Assembly: GCA_963702425.1 (NCBI GenBank)
Contig: CAVPCQ010000017.1
Coordinates: forward strand, 160,001-224,000
DNA length: 64,000 nucleotides
Reading direction: 5' to 3'
From: an uncultured Acidobacteriota bacterium
Lineage (GTDB): Bacteria; Acidobacteriota; Polarisedimenticolia; J045
The translations under genes were made by a program, and so were the position numbers. Under the pieces are notes generated by a model. The model did no database searches. It was given only the letters and a program-made list of their open reading frames with translations, and was not told where the DNA came from. This document shows positions 55,289-64,000 of this stretch, piece after piece; position 1 is the first letter of the stretch, and each line of letters opens with the position of its first letter.

Positions 55289-57190
55289 TCAAATGTAGTC
55301 GAAGAAGTTCCCGAGGGATGCCGCCTCCGCCCGCCGTCGGATCCACTGGGCGTAGATCCCCAGCGAGAGATTCCTGAGGTAGGCGACCAGCCAGCCGAGG
55401 GCGAACCCCCACACGAACCCGTATCCCGCGCCGACCAGCGCGCCGGTCCAGCTCACGGTGTAGCCGACGAAGTACTGGCTGAGCAGCCCGAGGTACATCT
55501 CGACTGTCGGGCCCCCGCGCCAGAGGACCCACGCGGTGGCCGCCAGCATGTAGCTCGCGCCCAGGGTGCCGATCGCGGTCCCCAACGCGGCCTTGTGCAG
55601 CCGCGCGAAGGCCAAGCGCAGGGCCTCCCGCATCGGGTCCGGAACCGGCGCGCCGAGCGGCAGCGGGACCCTCGGCTGCGTCGCCTCGAGGGCGGCGGCC
55701 TCGGCCGCGCGGCGTTCGGCCTCCTCGCGCGTGATCTCCTCCTGGTACTCCTGGTCGACGTTCACCGACCAGACGTCGTGCTTCGCACCCAGGACGTTCT
55801 CCGCCGCCAGCATCGCGGTCAGCATCGAATGGTCCTGGTTATTGTACTTGTGCATCCCGTTGCGGCCGACCAGCTGGAGGTTCGGGAGGCCGTCCAGCCA
55901 GCTCCGGATCTCGGCCAGGGCGGCCGCGTAGACGCCGTCGTAGACCGGGTAAGCCTTGGCCATGCGCACCACGGCCCCGTCCTCGACCTCCGCCGCGCGC
56001 ACCAGCCCCAGCTGGTCCATCTCGCGCGCCCCCAGCGCGACCAGCTCCCTGTCGTCCATCGTCCAGAGCCCGTCCCCCTCGAAGCAGAAGTACTCGAGCC
56101 CGACGCACGACTTCTTCGGGTCGGGCACCATCTCGGGGCTCCAGTTCTTGAAGTTCTGGACCCGCCCCACCTTCACGTCCGGGTCGTGGATGTAGATCCA
56201 GTTGTCCGGGAAGAGGTCGGGGTTGTCGACGATCAGCGCGACGGTCAGGAAGTCGCGGTAGCTCAGCTTGTCGGCCGCGGCGAGGATTTCGGCCGGCGGA
56301 GGCGGATCGAGCTTGTGGACCAGCTCGCGCACCGGCATCGTGCTGATGAAGTGCGTGCCCTCGATCCGCTCGGTGCGGCCGTCGACCGCCGCCTCGATCG
56401 CTGTGACGCGACCGCTCTCGTGGAGCACGCGGACCGCGTCGGCGCCGGTCTTCACCTCGCTGCCGGCCTGCTGGATCTTGTCGGTGACCGTCTCCCACAT
56501 CATGCCCGGGCCGCGCCGCGGGTACTCGAACGAGTCGATCAGCGTCTTGATGACGCTTCCCTTGTCGCCGCCGCTGCGCTGCGGAATCAGCGCGTTCTTG
56601 ACCGCCGTGAGCAGCGACAGTCCCTTGATCCGCTGCGCGGCCCACTCCGCCGACAGCTCGCTGCAGGGGATCCCCCAGACCTTCTCGGTGTAGGTCTCGA
56701 AGAAGATCTTGTAGAGCCGCTTGCCGAAGCGGTTGGAGACCCAATCGGCGAAGGAGCGCTCGTCCTTCACCGGGAACAGCCTGGACTTCAGGTAGCTCAG
56801 CAGGACCATCAGACTGGTCCACGGGCCGAGGCCGAACAAGGCGTTCGAGGCGCGCAGCGGGTAGTCGAAGAACTTCTTGTTGTAGTAGATCCGCGACATC
56901 CGGCCGCGCACCAGGAAGTCCTTCTCGGGAAGGACCTCGTGCCACATGTCGTCGACCGCTTTCACCTTGGTGAAGAAGCGGTGACCGCCGATGTCGAAGT
57001 GGTAGCCGCCGTGCCGTGCGGTGCGCGAGAGGCCCCCGACCGTGTCGTCCTTTTCGAGGACGACCGAGCGCACCCCCGCCTTGCCCAGTTGGTAGGCGGC
57101 GGTCAGTCCGGCCGGACCGGCCCCGACGATCACGACCTTGCGGCCGTCGGCAGGGGTGGTGGGCGATGGGGTGCGGGGCAGCGAGGGCAT
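55289..57190 (-). CDS. FAD-dependent oxidoreductase (HemY/UDP-galactopyranose mutase-like) with a C-terminal TM domain
   Basis: GAGPAGL, DIGGHRFFTK, WAAQRI, GRNGMHKYNNQDHSM. Confidence 0.88.
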   Translation of the reverse strand: MPSLPRTPSPTTPADGRKVVIVGAGPAGLTAAYQLGKAGVRSVVLEKDDTVGGLSRTARHGGYHFDIGGHRFFTKVKAVDDMWHEVLPEKDFLVRGRMSRIYYNKKFFDYPLRASNALFGLGPWTSLMVLLSYLKSRLFPVKDERSFADWVSNRFGKRLYKIFFETYTEKVWGIPCSELSAEWAAQRIKGLSLLTAVKNALIPQRSGGDKGSVIKTLIDSFEYPRRGPGMMWETVTDKIQQAGSEVKTGADAVRVLHESGRVTAIEAAVDGRTERIEGTHFISTMPVRELVHKLDPPPPAEILAAADKLSYRDFLTVALIVDNPDLFPDNWIYIHDPDVKVGRVQNFKNWSPEMVPDPKKSCVGLEYFCFEGDGLWTMDDRELVALGAREMDQLGLVRAAEVEDGAVVRMAKAYPVYDGVYAAALAEIRSWLDGLPNLQLVGRNGMHKYNNQDHSMLTAMLAAENVLGAKHDVWSVNVDQEYQEEITREEAERRAAEAAALEATQPRVPLPLGAPVPDPMREALRLAFARLHKAALGTAIGTLGASYMLAATAWVLWRGGPTVEMYLGLLSQYFVGYTVSWTGALVGAGYGFVWGFALGWLVAYLRNLSLGIYAQWIRRRAEAASLGNFFDYI

Positions 57191-57410
57191 CCGGCTCTCC
57201 GGCGGCCCGGTCGCCCGGAGCCCGCCGCGGCCCTCAAGATACGGTGTTGCGGGGTGGATTCCACGGGGACCGGGGCCCCTGCCCGGTTTTTGCACGCGGT
57301 CAACGCAAACGAGGACCGAGATCCCCGCTTCGTTGTGGAGGTGGCCACCGCGGCGGGGGGGCCGTGAGCTCCCCGTCGGCGATCGCCTGCGGCCGGGCGT
57401 GTCCGCGCTG

Positions 57411-60400
57411 CTAGTTCCACTCCCCCTGGATGACGAACCCCGCCCAGTAGTACGGCGACGCCCAGCGCTTCTGCCGAGACATCTCCACCTGCGCCGCGCG
57501 CAGGGCTGCGGCGGGGCGCTGGCCGTTCTGCAGCATGCCGCGGTAGAACAGCCGCATCAGTTCGGACGTCGCAAGATCGTCGACGCGCCAGAGGCTGGCG
57601 ACCACGCGCCGCGCACCGCCATACATGAAGCCGCGTGTCAGCCCGACGAGTCCTTCCCCCCGGACCTCCTTGCCGAGCGCGGTCTGGCAGGCGCTCAGCA
57701 CGACCAGCTCGACCGGCAGCCTGAGGTTGTAGATCTCGTTCAGGCGCAGGAAGCCGTCCTGTGGATTTCCGCGCTCGTCGACGAGTGAGAAGACCAGCCC
57801 TGACAGCTCGGGGTGGTCGGTGTCGAGCAGCCCGTGAGTCGCGAAGTGAACGATCTTGAACTGGCCGAGGTCGTCGTTCATCGCCCCCTTCCGGCTGGCT
57901 GCAAAACCGGTGGCTTTCAGCAGCGAGTCGGCCGGCACCATCGACGCGATCATCTCGGCTTCCTCGCGCGAGAACGGCAGGCGGGAGAGCCGCCCGCGCA
58001 TGTCGGACTGGAGGGCGGCGGCGGCCGGCCGCGCTGCGCCTTGCTCCCGTTCCGCGGAGAGGACGCGCGGATCGCTCGCATCGAACACGGGGTCCGCGAA
58101 GACCGCCACCTGCTTCTTGCCGCTCGGCCGCCCCGCGGTCTCGACGCGCACCGCCCCCAGTACGGACGCCGAGGGCAGGCTGATGATCTCGTGGTTCGCA
58201 ATCAGCGGTCTCGCGCCGGCGCCGATCCCGTCCTTGCGGCCGACCGGCTCGGGAAGCGACGCGAACGGCACGTACTCCAGCGCTCCGGGCGCGACGATCA
58301 CGAGCCGCTTGTCCCGCCAGTCCCGCGCGAGGCGTGCGGCCGCCTTGCCCAGGAGCATTTCGCTGAGCGCCGCCGCCTGCGACGCCAGCTCGGCGTCGGC
58401 CCGGGACAGGCGCGTTTGTCGCGCGGCGCCGTTCTCGTCGCTCCTTGGCTGACGGGCAGTCAGCGCGTCGTAGACTGCGCGAGCGAGCTTTTCGATCGCG
58501 GCTCGCGGCGGAAGTTCGTAGCTCGAGATGGACGAGGGCGTGACCGCCCAGAGCCAGCTCCGCCGCTCGCCGAGCGCGATCTCGAGCAGGACGGTGTCCT
58601 CGTCGAGCAGCTGCCCCTGGATCGCGGCAGCCTTGAGCGACTGCGGCTGCGTCAACGCCGCGTAGCGTGGACTGGAAGCGCGAACCTGCGCCTCGACCGC
58701 GCTCAGCTGGTCCGTCAGGTCTTCGAGCTCCTTCGCGGTGTCCGTCGCCTGCGCCTCGGTGTGTTTCCCACCAAGCAGCCGCTCCCGATCGAACGCCTTG
58801 AGATGAACCCGCCGGCGGAGCGCCTGCTCCCTTGCGAGCAGGGCCGCGTCCGCGCCTTCGCGCGGGTCGACGCCGGACTCCGCGAGCATGTCGAGCAGGC
58901 CGCGCGCCCGGCTGCGCTCGCTGAGCTCGAGGGCCAGCGCCATGTCGCCCGCGCCGGACCGCTCGCGCGGCCCGGACATCAGGATCTCGATGAAGAGCGA
59001 GTACTTGTCCTGCACGGTCTCGAAGTACGACGAGCGCCAGTCCCGCCGCGTGAAATTCTGACGCAGCGATTCGCCGATCCGAACCGCCTCCTCGATCTGC
59101 TGCCGCGCCCGATTCCTGTCCCCGGAGGAGAGGCTCCAATCGGCGAGATGCGAGAGGGTCCGCGACTCGAGGTCGCGGGCCCGCAACGCGCGGGCGATCG
59201 CGAGCGCTGCAGTGCTCTCTTCCCGCGCCCTGCTCAGGTCGCCGAGCCGCGCATGCGCGACCGCGAGCAGGTTCAGGGTACTGGCCTCGGCATAGCGGAG
59301 CCCGGCCTCCCGGTACAGCTTCAGCGCCTGCCCCAGCGGTTCCAGCGCCCGGGTGTCGTGGTGCAGGTCGAGTTCGATACCGCCGAGGATCCGCAGCGCG
59401 TACGCCTCCCCGGTAGGGTCCCTGATCTCGCGGCTGAGTTCCAGCGACTGCGTGGCGTAGGCCGTCGCCTCTGCGGTGTTGCCCGCGCTCCGGTGGACAC
59501 GGGCCAGGCCGTTGAGCGCGGAGGATTCGCCGTTGCGCTGGCCCATCTTCCGGCTCGCCTCCAGCGCCCGCCGATAGCGCTCCTGGGCATCCTCCCACTC
59601 GCCGAGATGCTCGTACGCCACCGCGAGGTTGTTCTGGACGGACGCTTCGGCCCGCCCGTCGCCGGCACGGATCGCCGCTTCGAGCGCGCGACCGAAGACT
59701 TCGGTCGACTTCTGGTACTCGCCCGTCCCGTTGTAGATCATGCCCATCCGCGCGAGGATGTTCGCGATCCGCCCCGGCTCACGCTCCGGCGAGGTCAGCG
59801 CAAGGGCTCGCTCGAAGTCCTCGATCGCTGCCGCCACGTCGCCAAGCTCGTAGTGGGCGAGCCCCAGGTCCGACAGAACCCTGCTCTGCCCCGGCCGATC
59901 GTTCGCATCGGCCCGCAATGGCAGCGCACGCTCGTAGTACTCGATCGCCTTCGGCCGGTCGCCGACCCAGCGGTAGTACCAGCCCAGCCGGTTCAGCGTC
60001 TCGGACTCCCAGTAGAGGTCGGCGATCGCCTCGTGGATCGACAGCGCCGCCAGGTACGACTCCAGTGCTTTCGGCTTGTCGTACGCCGTGTAGGCCGCGA
60101 GGCCGACCTGGCTCAGCGCTCGCCCCTCCTCGCGCTTCCGGCCGGTGCCGCGCCAGAGCGCGAGCGCCTGGTCCGCCGCCGCCTGCATTTTCGCGGTGTC
60201 GCCCAGGTCGTAGTAGACGTCGAAGAGCTCGCCCTGGGTTTCCGCCTCGCCGACAGGATCCCCCAGCGCGCGCCAGAGCACGAGCGCCCGCTCGAGCCTG
60301 ACGATCGCCGCTCTCCTCTCTTCGTCGCTCGTGGCGCCGTCGAGGAGAGTGCGGCCTTCGCCCACGAGTCCCCACGCCTCGACTCGCTCGGGGTCGGACG

Positions 60401-60833
60401 CCTCCGCGGGCCGCTTCTCCGCGAGCGTCAGCCCGTACCGTAGCTTCTGCCCGGTGTCCGGATCGCTGGATGCGATCACGAGGCGCCACGTTCCCGACGC
60501 GTCGGCGATCGCCGCCATCTCCAGCGAGACCGGTTGAGTCGCGGCATCGTCGTGCTCGCGCAGCGACCGTCCGTCCGGTGCGATGAGTGTCGCCGACAGC
60601 TCTCCGACGAAGATCTCGATCGAGATCTCGACGTAGTCACGCGCCCGGGCCTCGAAGGTGAACTCATGGGATTCGCCGGCCGGCAGCTCCCGCTCGACGA
60701 CGGCGCCCAGAACGAGGTCCTTCGCTCCGGGCATCGAGCCGGCGAGCGACGCCGAAAGCAGGATCGCGAGCAGCCAGATCGCACCCGACGCCGCCAGCGG
60801 GAGCGGGAGCCCGGGCGGCGGGTGACGATCCAT
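57411..60833 (-). CDS. TPR-CHAT caspase-like protease with an N-terminal signal/TM segment and PPC-like domain
   Basis: Many TPRs; SERSRARGLLD; HFATHG and LSACQT catalytic His/Cys; SLWRVDD, PYYWAGF; TATAAT at 60863-60868 (minus strand). Confidence 0.92.
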   Translation of the reverse strand: MDRHPPPGLPLPLAASGAIWLLAILLSASLAGSMPGAKDLVLGAVVERELPAGESHEFTFEARARDYVEISIEIFVGELSATLIAPDGRSLREHDDAATQPVSLEMAAIADASGTWRLVIASSDPDTGQKLRYGLTLAEKRPAEASDPERVEAWGLVGEGRTLLDGATSDEERRAAIVRLERALVLWRALGDPVGEAETQGELFDVYYDLGDTAKMQAAADQALALWRGTGRKREEGRALSQVGLAAYTAYDKPKALESYLAALSIHEAIADLYWESETLNRLGWYYRWVGDRPKAIEYYERALPLRADANDRPGQSRVLSDLGLAHYELGDVAAAIEDFERALALTSPEREPGRIANILARMGMIYNGTGEYQKSTEVFGRALEAAIRAGDGRAEASVQNNLAVAYEHLGEWEDAQERYRRALEASRKMGQRNGESSALNGLARVHRSAGNTAEATAYATQSLELSREIRDPTGEAYALRILGGIELDLHHDTRALEPLGQALKLYREAGLRYAEASTLNLLAVAHARLGDLSRAREESTAALAIARALRARDLESRTLSHLADWSLSSGDRNRARQQIEEAVRIGESLRQNFTRRDWRSSYFETVQDKYSLFIEILMSGPRERSGAGDMALALELSERSRARGLLDMLAESGVDPREGADAALLAREQALRRRVHLKAFDRERLLGGKHTEAQATDTAKELEDLTDQLSAVEAQVRASSPRYAALTQPQSLKAAAIQGQLLDEDTVLLEIALGERRSWLWAVTPSSISSYELPPRAAIEKLARAVYDALTARQPRSDENGAARQTRLSRADAELASQAAALSEMLLGKAAARLARDWRDKRLVIVAPGALEYVPFASLPEPVGRKDGIGAGARPLIANHEIISLPSASVLGAVRVETAGRPSGKKQVAVFADPVFDASDPRVLSAEREQGAARPAAAALQSDMRGRLSRLPFSREEAEMIASMVPADSLLKATGFAASRKGAMNDDLGQFKIVHFATHGLLDTDHPELSGLVFSLVDERGNPQDGFLRLNEIYNLRLPVELVVLSACQTALGKEVRGEGLVGLTRGFMYGGARRVVASLWRVDDLATSELMRLFYRGMLQNGQRPAAALRAAQVEMSRQKRWASPYYWAGFVIQGEWN

Positions 60834-60955
60834 GCAGGTTCCTCGGTCGGGGCGAGGAGCCGATTATACGCGCGGCCCCTCGCGGGGTCGTGCCGCCGGC
60901 CGGGACCGCCCGGGAAATCGAGACCACCCGGGAGGGCAGCCGGCGGCGCCGCAGC

Positions 60956-62635
60956 TCACTCGGGATCGGTCGGGTCGGCGAACAGGACCTGCAGCTTCAC
61001 GCTCCCGTGGCCGAACTGCGGGAAGTCGGGTGTCGCGATGTTTCCGGGATCGAGGTTCGACGCCGTGTCGTCGGGCGGGAACAGCACCAGGCTGTGCAGG
61101 AATGCGGCGATCGCCTGCTGCGCCCCGGCGGGCAGCCTCGCGAAGTTCGCGCGCGCGCCTTGCGCTTCACCGCCGTGGCGCATGATCACGTCCTGGAGCG
61201 TCATGCTGCGGCCGTCGTGGCCGTACGGACCGGTCGAGCCGACGCCCCACAGCGCGGTCGACAGGAACTGCGTGCGCAGCTGACCGTCGTATTCGCGCTC
61301 GTAGAATGCCGGTCCGACGTCGTGGCGCTTGAAGTCGGTGTAGATCCCCTCCACGAGGAACGGCTTCCCGAGGGGCGCCTTGCGATGGGGGAACGCACTC
61401 CCGTCATCGACATCGCCGTGCAGCGGTGTCGCGGTGGCATAGAGCGCGTTGAAGATCCCGTGCACCGGGTCGTACGCGGTTCGCACCGACGCCACGCGCC
61501 GATCGCGCGAGATCGGCAGGTCGGGGACATGACAGCTCGCGCAACCGGCCTCTCCGAACAGCCGGCGGCCGGCCTGGGTCTGCTCGCTCTGCTCCCCGCT
61601 CGCGGGCGGGAAGTAGTTGAGCAGGTAGAACTCGAGGTAGTCGACGAGCGCGGTCGGCGCCTCGTTCGTGACCCCGTCGCCGTCGAGGTCCGCGGCAGGG
61701 TCGGCGGTCGGCGGACCCTCGATGGTGTCGCGCGAACCGTCGAAGACGCGTCCGGCCGGGCTCACGACTCGTCCGCCGAAACTGGCCGCCCGGAGCTCCG
61801 GATCGACCGCCTGCAGCCCCATCTCGTTCTGCAGCGCGCCGACTACGAATTCGCGGATCGAGGCCGTGCCGCCATGTGCAAAGAACGGCCTGACCCGCAG
61901 GTCGGCGTCGACACCCTCGACCTTCGAGGCGTCCACCGTGCCGTCAGGCAGTGCGGTGATCGTTCCATAGCGCAGACCCTTGCTCGCGAGCGGGACGATC
62001 ACTGCCTTGCCGAGCGCCCTCGCGGCGATCACGGCCCGCGCACGGGTCGCGCGAAGATCCTCCGTGATTTCGTCGCCCAGCATCTCCTTCAGTCCGAGGC
62101 CGAAGAGATGGGGCGCATCGCGGCTGTCGGGCCTCGTCGCGACGTCGCCACCGAAGCCGGCGGAACCGCGCGGACGGCCGTGACACAGAGCGCAGCTGTC
62201 GGCCAGGCCGGCACCGATCGCCAGGTTGGTCTCGATACGGCCCGTGCCGTCGCCGGAGTTCGGACCGAGTCCGTTGGCGAGGCCGAACTTGCGTTGGAAG
62301 AGCTGGCGTCCGCGTCGGATCGCGCGAAACGGATCGCGGGCGATCAGGAAGGCGGACGAGTTCGGAGTCATGTCGTCGCCGCGCCCGGCACCGACTTCGT
62401 CCGGCAGCGACTTCGCGATCCCAGCCCCGGCCGCATTGGGGGCTTTGGTCTTGTCGACCAGTTGGGCCTGCGCGACCGCACTGCAGAGCAAGGACGCGAG
62501 CGCCAGGACGACGAGTCGCGTCCGGTACGGGCCGCTTGCTCCAGGCTGCCGCGTCGCGAGCTTCGGCGGCTCTTCGTTGCAGGCTGGTTCAGCGCCCCGG
62601 GGCTTCCACAGCGGCGCAGGTCGTCCGGCAGTCAT
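60956..62635 (-). CDS. Secreted di-heme oxidoreductase-family (di-heme peroxidase-like) protein
   Basis: Signal peptide; CALCH and CASCH; YTDFKRHDVG, TALWGVG, PYGHDGRS, IMRHGGEA. Confidence 0.85.
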   Translation of the reverse strand: MTAGRPAPLWKPRGAEPACNEEPPKLATRQPGASGPYRTRLVVLALASLLCSAVAQAQLVDKTKAPNAAGAGIAKSLPDEVGAGRGDDMTPNSSAFLIARDPFRAIRRGRQLFQRKFGLANGLGPNSGDGTGRIETNLAIGAGLADSCALCHGRPRGSAGFGGDVATRPDSRDAPHLFGLGLKEMLGDEITEDLRATRARAVIAARALGKAVIVPLASKGLRYGTITALPDGTVDASKVEGVDADLRVRPFFAHGGTASIREFVVGALQNEMGLQAVDPELRAASFGGRVVSPAGRVFDGSRDTIEGPPTADPAADLDGDGVTNEAPTALVDYLEFYLLNYFPPASGEQSEQTQAGRRLFGEAGCASCHVPDLPISRDRRVASVRTAYDPVHGIFNALYATATPLHGDVDDGSAFPHRKAPLGKPFLVEGIYTDFKRHDVGPAFYEREYDGQLRTQFLSTALWGVGSTGPYGHDGRSMTLQDVIMRHGGEAQGARANFARLPAGAQQAIAAFLHSLVLFPPDDTASNLDPGNIATPDFPQFGHGSVKLQVLFADPTDPE

Positions 62636-62683
62636 CGGCGTCCTCCCTCGAATCGCGGCCGTCGCCGGCGGGATTCATCAGTA

Positions 62684-62711
62684 GGTGACACCGAAGCGCA
62701 AAACGTGTCGC
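62684..62711 (-). promoter_or_regulatory. Putative ECF promoter, copy 1 (GCGACACGTTT-N11-GTCACC)
   Basis: Both boxes and the spacing are identical to 63554-63581; 48 nt upstream of the di-heme ATG. Confidence 0.7.
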
Positions 62712-62739
62712 AGTGCCCCCCCGGAGCCGGGTCGACCCG

Positions 62740-63552
62740 TCAGGGCGTCTCCACGCGGAAGAAGTAGCGCTGAACCTCCGTCTGGCCGGCTGGGGGGCCC
62801 GCTTGCCCGAGCGAAAGGAAGTAGTCCCCCCGGGCGAGGCGCACGGCCGGAACCGTCACGGTCGCCACCGTGTCCTGCGCCGCCGGGCCTGTCGCAGCGT
62901 CCGCCGGCCCGCGCCAGACCTCCGCCCCTGCGAGTGACCGCACCGTCGCGACAAAGGGCGGCTGGCCGTCGATCTCGCCGCGCTCGAGGCGGAAGACGAC
63001 GTTCCCCCGCCCGGCGACCAGCCGAACCGTCGGCGTCTGTCCCTCGCCGCGGACCATGATCGCCGGGAGCGTCATCGTCACCTCGGCCAGTTGCAGGGGA
63101 GCCGGCCCTCCGTCATTCCCGGTGCCCGGCGCCGATCCACGAGCCGCGAGATCCGCGCCTCCGCGCGGAGAACGTGTCTGCACGAACCATGCCGCGCCCA
63201 CCGCACAGGCGGCGAGCGTCGCTGCGATCGCTCCTGTGGCCAGGGCGCGCCGGCTCCAGCGTCGCCCGAGCCAGCGCCTGCGGCGCAGTGCCAGTTCGAT
63301 CGCCAGCCGTTCCCGGTGCACGGGGCTCGCGAGGTAGTGGCTCTCGAACAGCGCGCGCTCGGCCGGCCCGAGCCGCCCGGACAGGTAGTCCCCGACGAGA
63401 TCCCGCTCGATCTCCGAGAGAAGATCGAGCGATTCCTGGCACGCGAAGTACTCGCTTTCGAGAACGTCCGCGTCGCGTTCGGGGAGGGTGCCCATCAGGT
63501 ATCGGCGGATGGCCGCGGGATCGGTCGTCGGTGTCGTCATGTCGTCACTCAC
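62740..63552 (-). CDS. Putative single-pass anti-sigma factor (start may be ATG 63540)
   Basis: Two YLxGxL...E helical repeats, one TM (ALATGAIAATLAACAVGAAWFV), C-terminal Ig-like domain; follows the ECF gene. Confidence 0.7.
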   Translation of the reverse strand: MSDDMTTPTTDPAAIRRYLMGTLPERDADVLESEYFACQESLDLLSEIERDLVGDYLSGRLGPAERALFESHYLASPVHRERLAIELALRRRRWLGRRWSRRALATGAIAATLAACAVGAAWFVQTRSPRGGADLAARGSAPGTGNDGGPAPLQLAEVTMTLPAIMVRGEGQTPTVRLVAGRGNVVFRLERGEIDGQPPFVATVRSLAGAEVWRGPADAATGPAAQDTVATVTVPAVRLARGDYFLSLGQAGPPAGQTEVQRYFFRVETP

Positions 63553-63553
63553 T

Positions 63554-63581
63554 GGTGACTAAGGGGTCCGAAACGTGTCGC
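63554..63581 (-). promoter_or_regulatory. Putative ECF promoter, copy 2
   Basis: Same motif, overlapping the sigma stop codon, just upstream of the anti-sigma gene. Confidence 0.7.
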
Positions 63582-64000
63582 CCGGCGCTCGCCCATGCCC
63601 CGCGCCGTCCGTCGGACCGGATGCGCAGCGCCGGATGCAGTCTTCGAGCCGGTCTCGAAGTCGCTGCACGCGGCTGCGCAGCGCGTTGTCGGTCAGGTCG
63701 TGGCGCAGTGCGAGACGGCGCCGGTTCTCGATCTTGTCCCGCCCGCCGTCTTCCGCATAGTAGGCGAGAACCAGGCCGCGGCCCTCCGCGGGAAGCTCGG
63801 CGAGGCAACGCTCGAGGCACGCGGCGATCATCGGCTCGGGGGAGGGCTCGCGGGCCGGGACGCGGGCCAGTTCGCGGGCATCGAGCGGCACGACGGGTGC
63901 GGCCGCGCGCCAGCTCTCGCGCAGGATCATTCGCGCGATCCCGAGCGCGAAGGCGGGCACGTCGGCGACCACGACCCCTTCCTGCAGCTTGCTCCCAAGA
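63559..64000 (-). CDS. ECF-type sigma factor; 5' end outside the window
   Basis: FALGIARMILRE (region 2 end); CLERCLAELP...LVLAYY...NALRSRVQRLRDRLEDC (region 4 HTH). Confidence 0.8.
   Translation of the reverse strand, partial: LGSKLQEGVVVADVPAFALGIARMILRESWRAAAPVVPLDARELARVPAREPSPEPMIAACLERCLAELPAEGRGLVLAYYAEDGGRDKIENRRRLALRHDLTDNALRSRVQRLRDRLEDCIRRCASGPTDGAGHGRAPGDTFRTP

Overview
GC-rich bacterial chromosomal window with about 55 genes and gene remnants. Membrane Ser/Thr kinases, a VWA-like protein and an ECF/CHAT cassette suggest Acidobacteriota, but that is an inference. No tRNA, rRNA or CRISPR was seen. Contents: secreted enzymes (DUF362, S8 and C25 peptidases, S9, M23), two Ser/Thr kinases, a cytochrome bd-like heterodimer with c-hemes, two ABC systems, tandem Xre-RES and VapBC toxin-antitoxin pairs, a CarH-type B12 photoreceptor divergent from fasciclin/DUF4397 genes, arsR-arsC-arsM, a REP cluster and integrase remnants. 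Many single-base frameshifts cluster between 26 and 35.6 kb and are probably sequencing errors. Top candidates for undescribed biology: (1) an ECF sigma / membrane anti-sigma / di-heme protein / putatively exported TPR-CHAT protease cassette, with an identical bipartite motif (GCGACACGTTT-N11-GTCACC) before two of its genes; (2) an intergenic sRNA with a sigma54 promoter, IHF site, anti-Shine-Dalgarno tract and terminator; (3) a related C-terminal domain on three unrelated secreted enzymes that may be a sorting signal.
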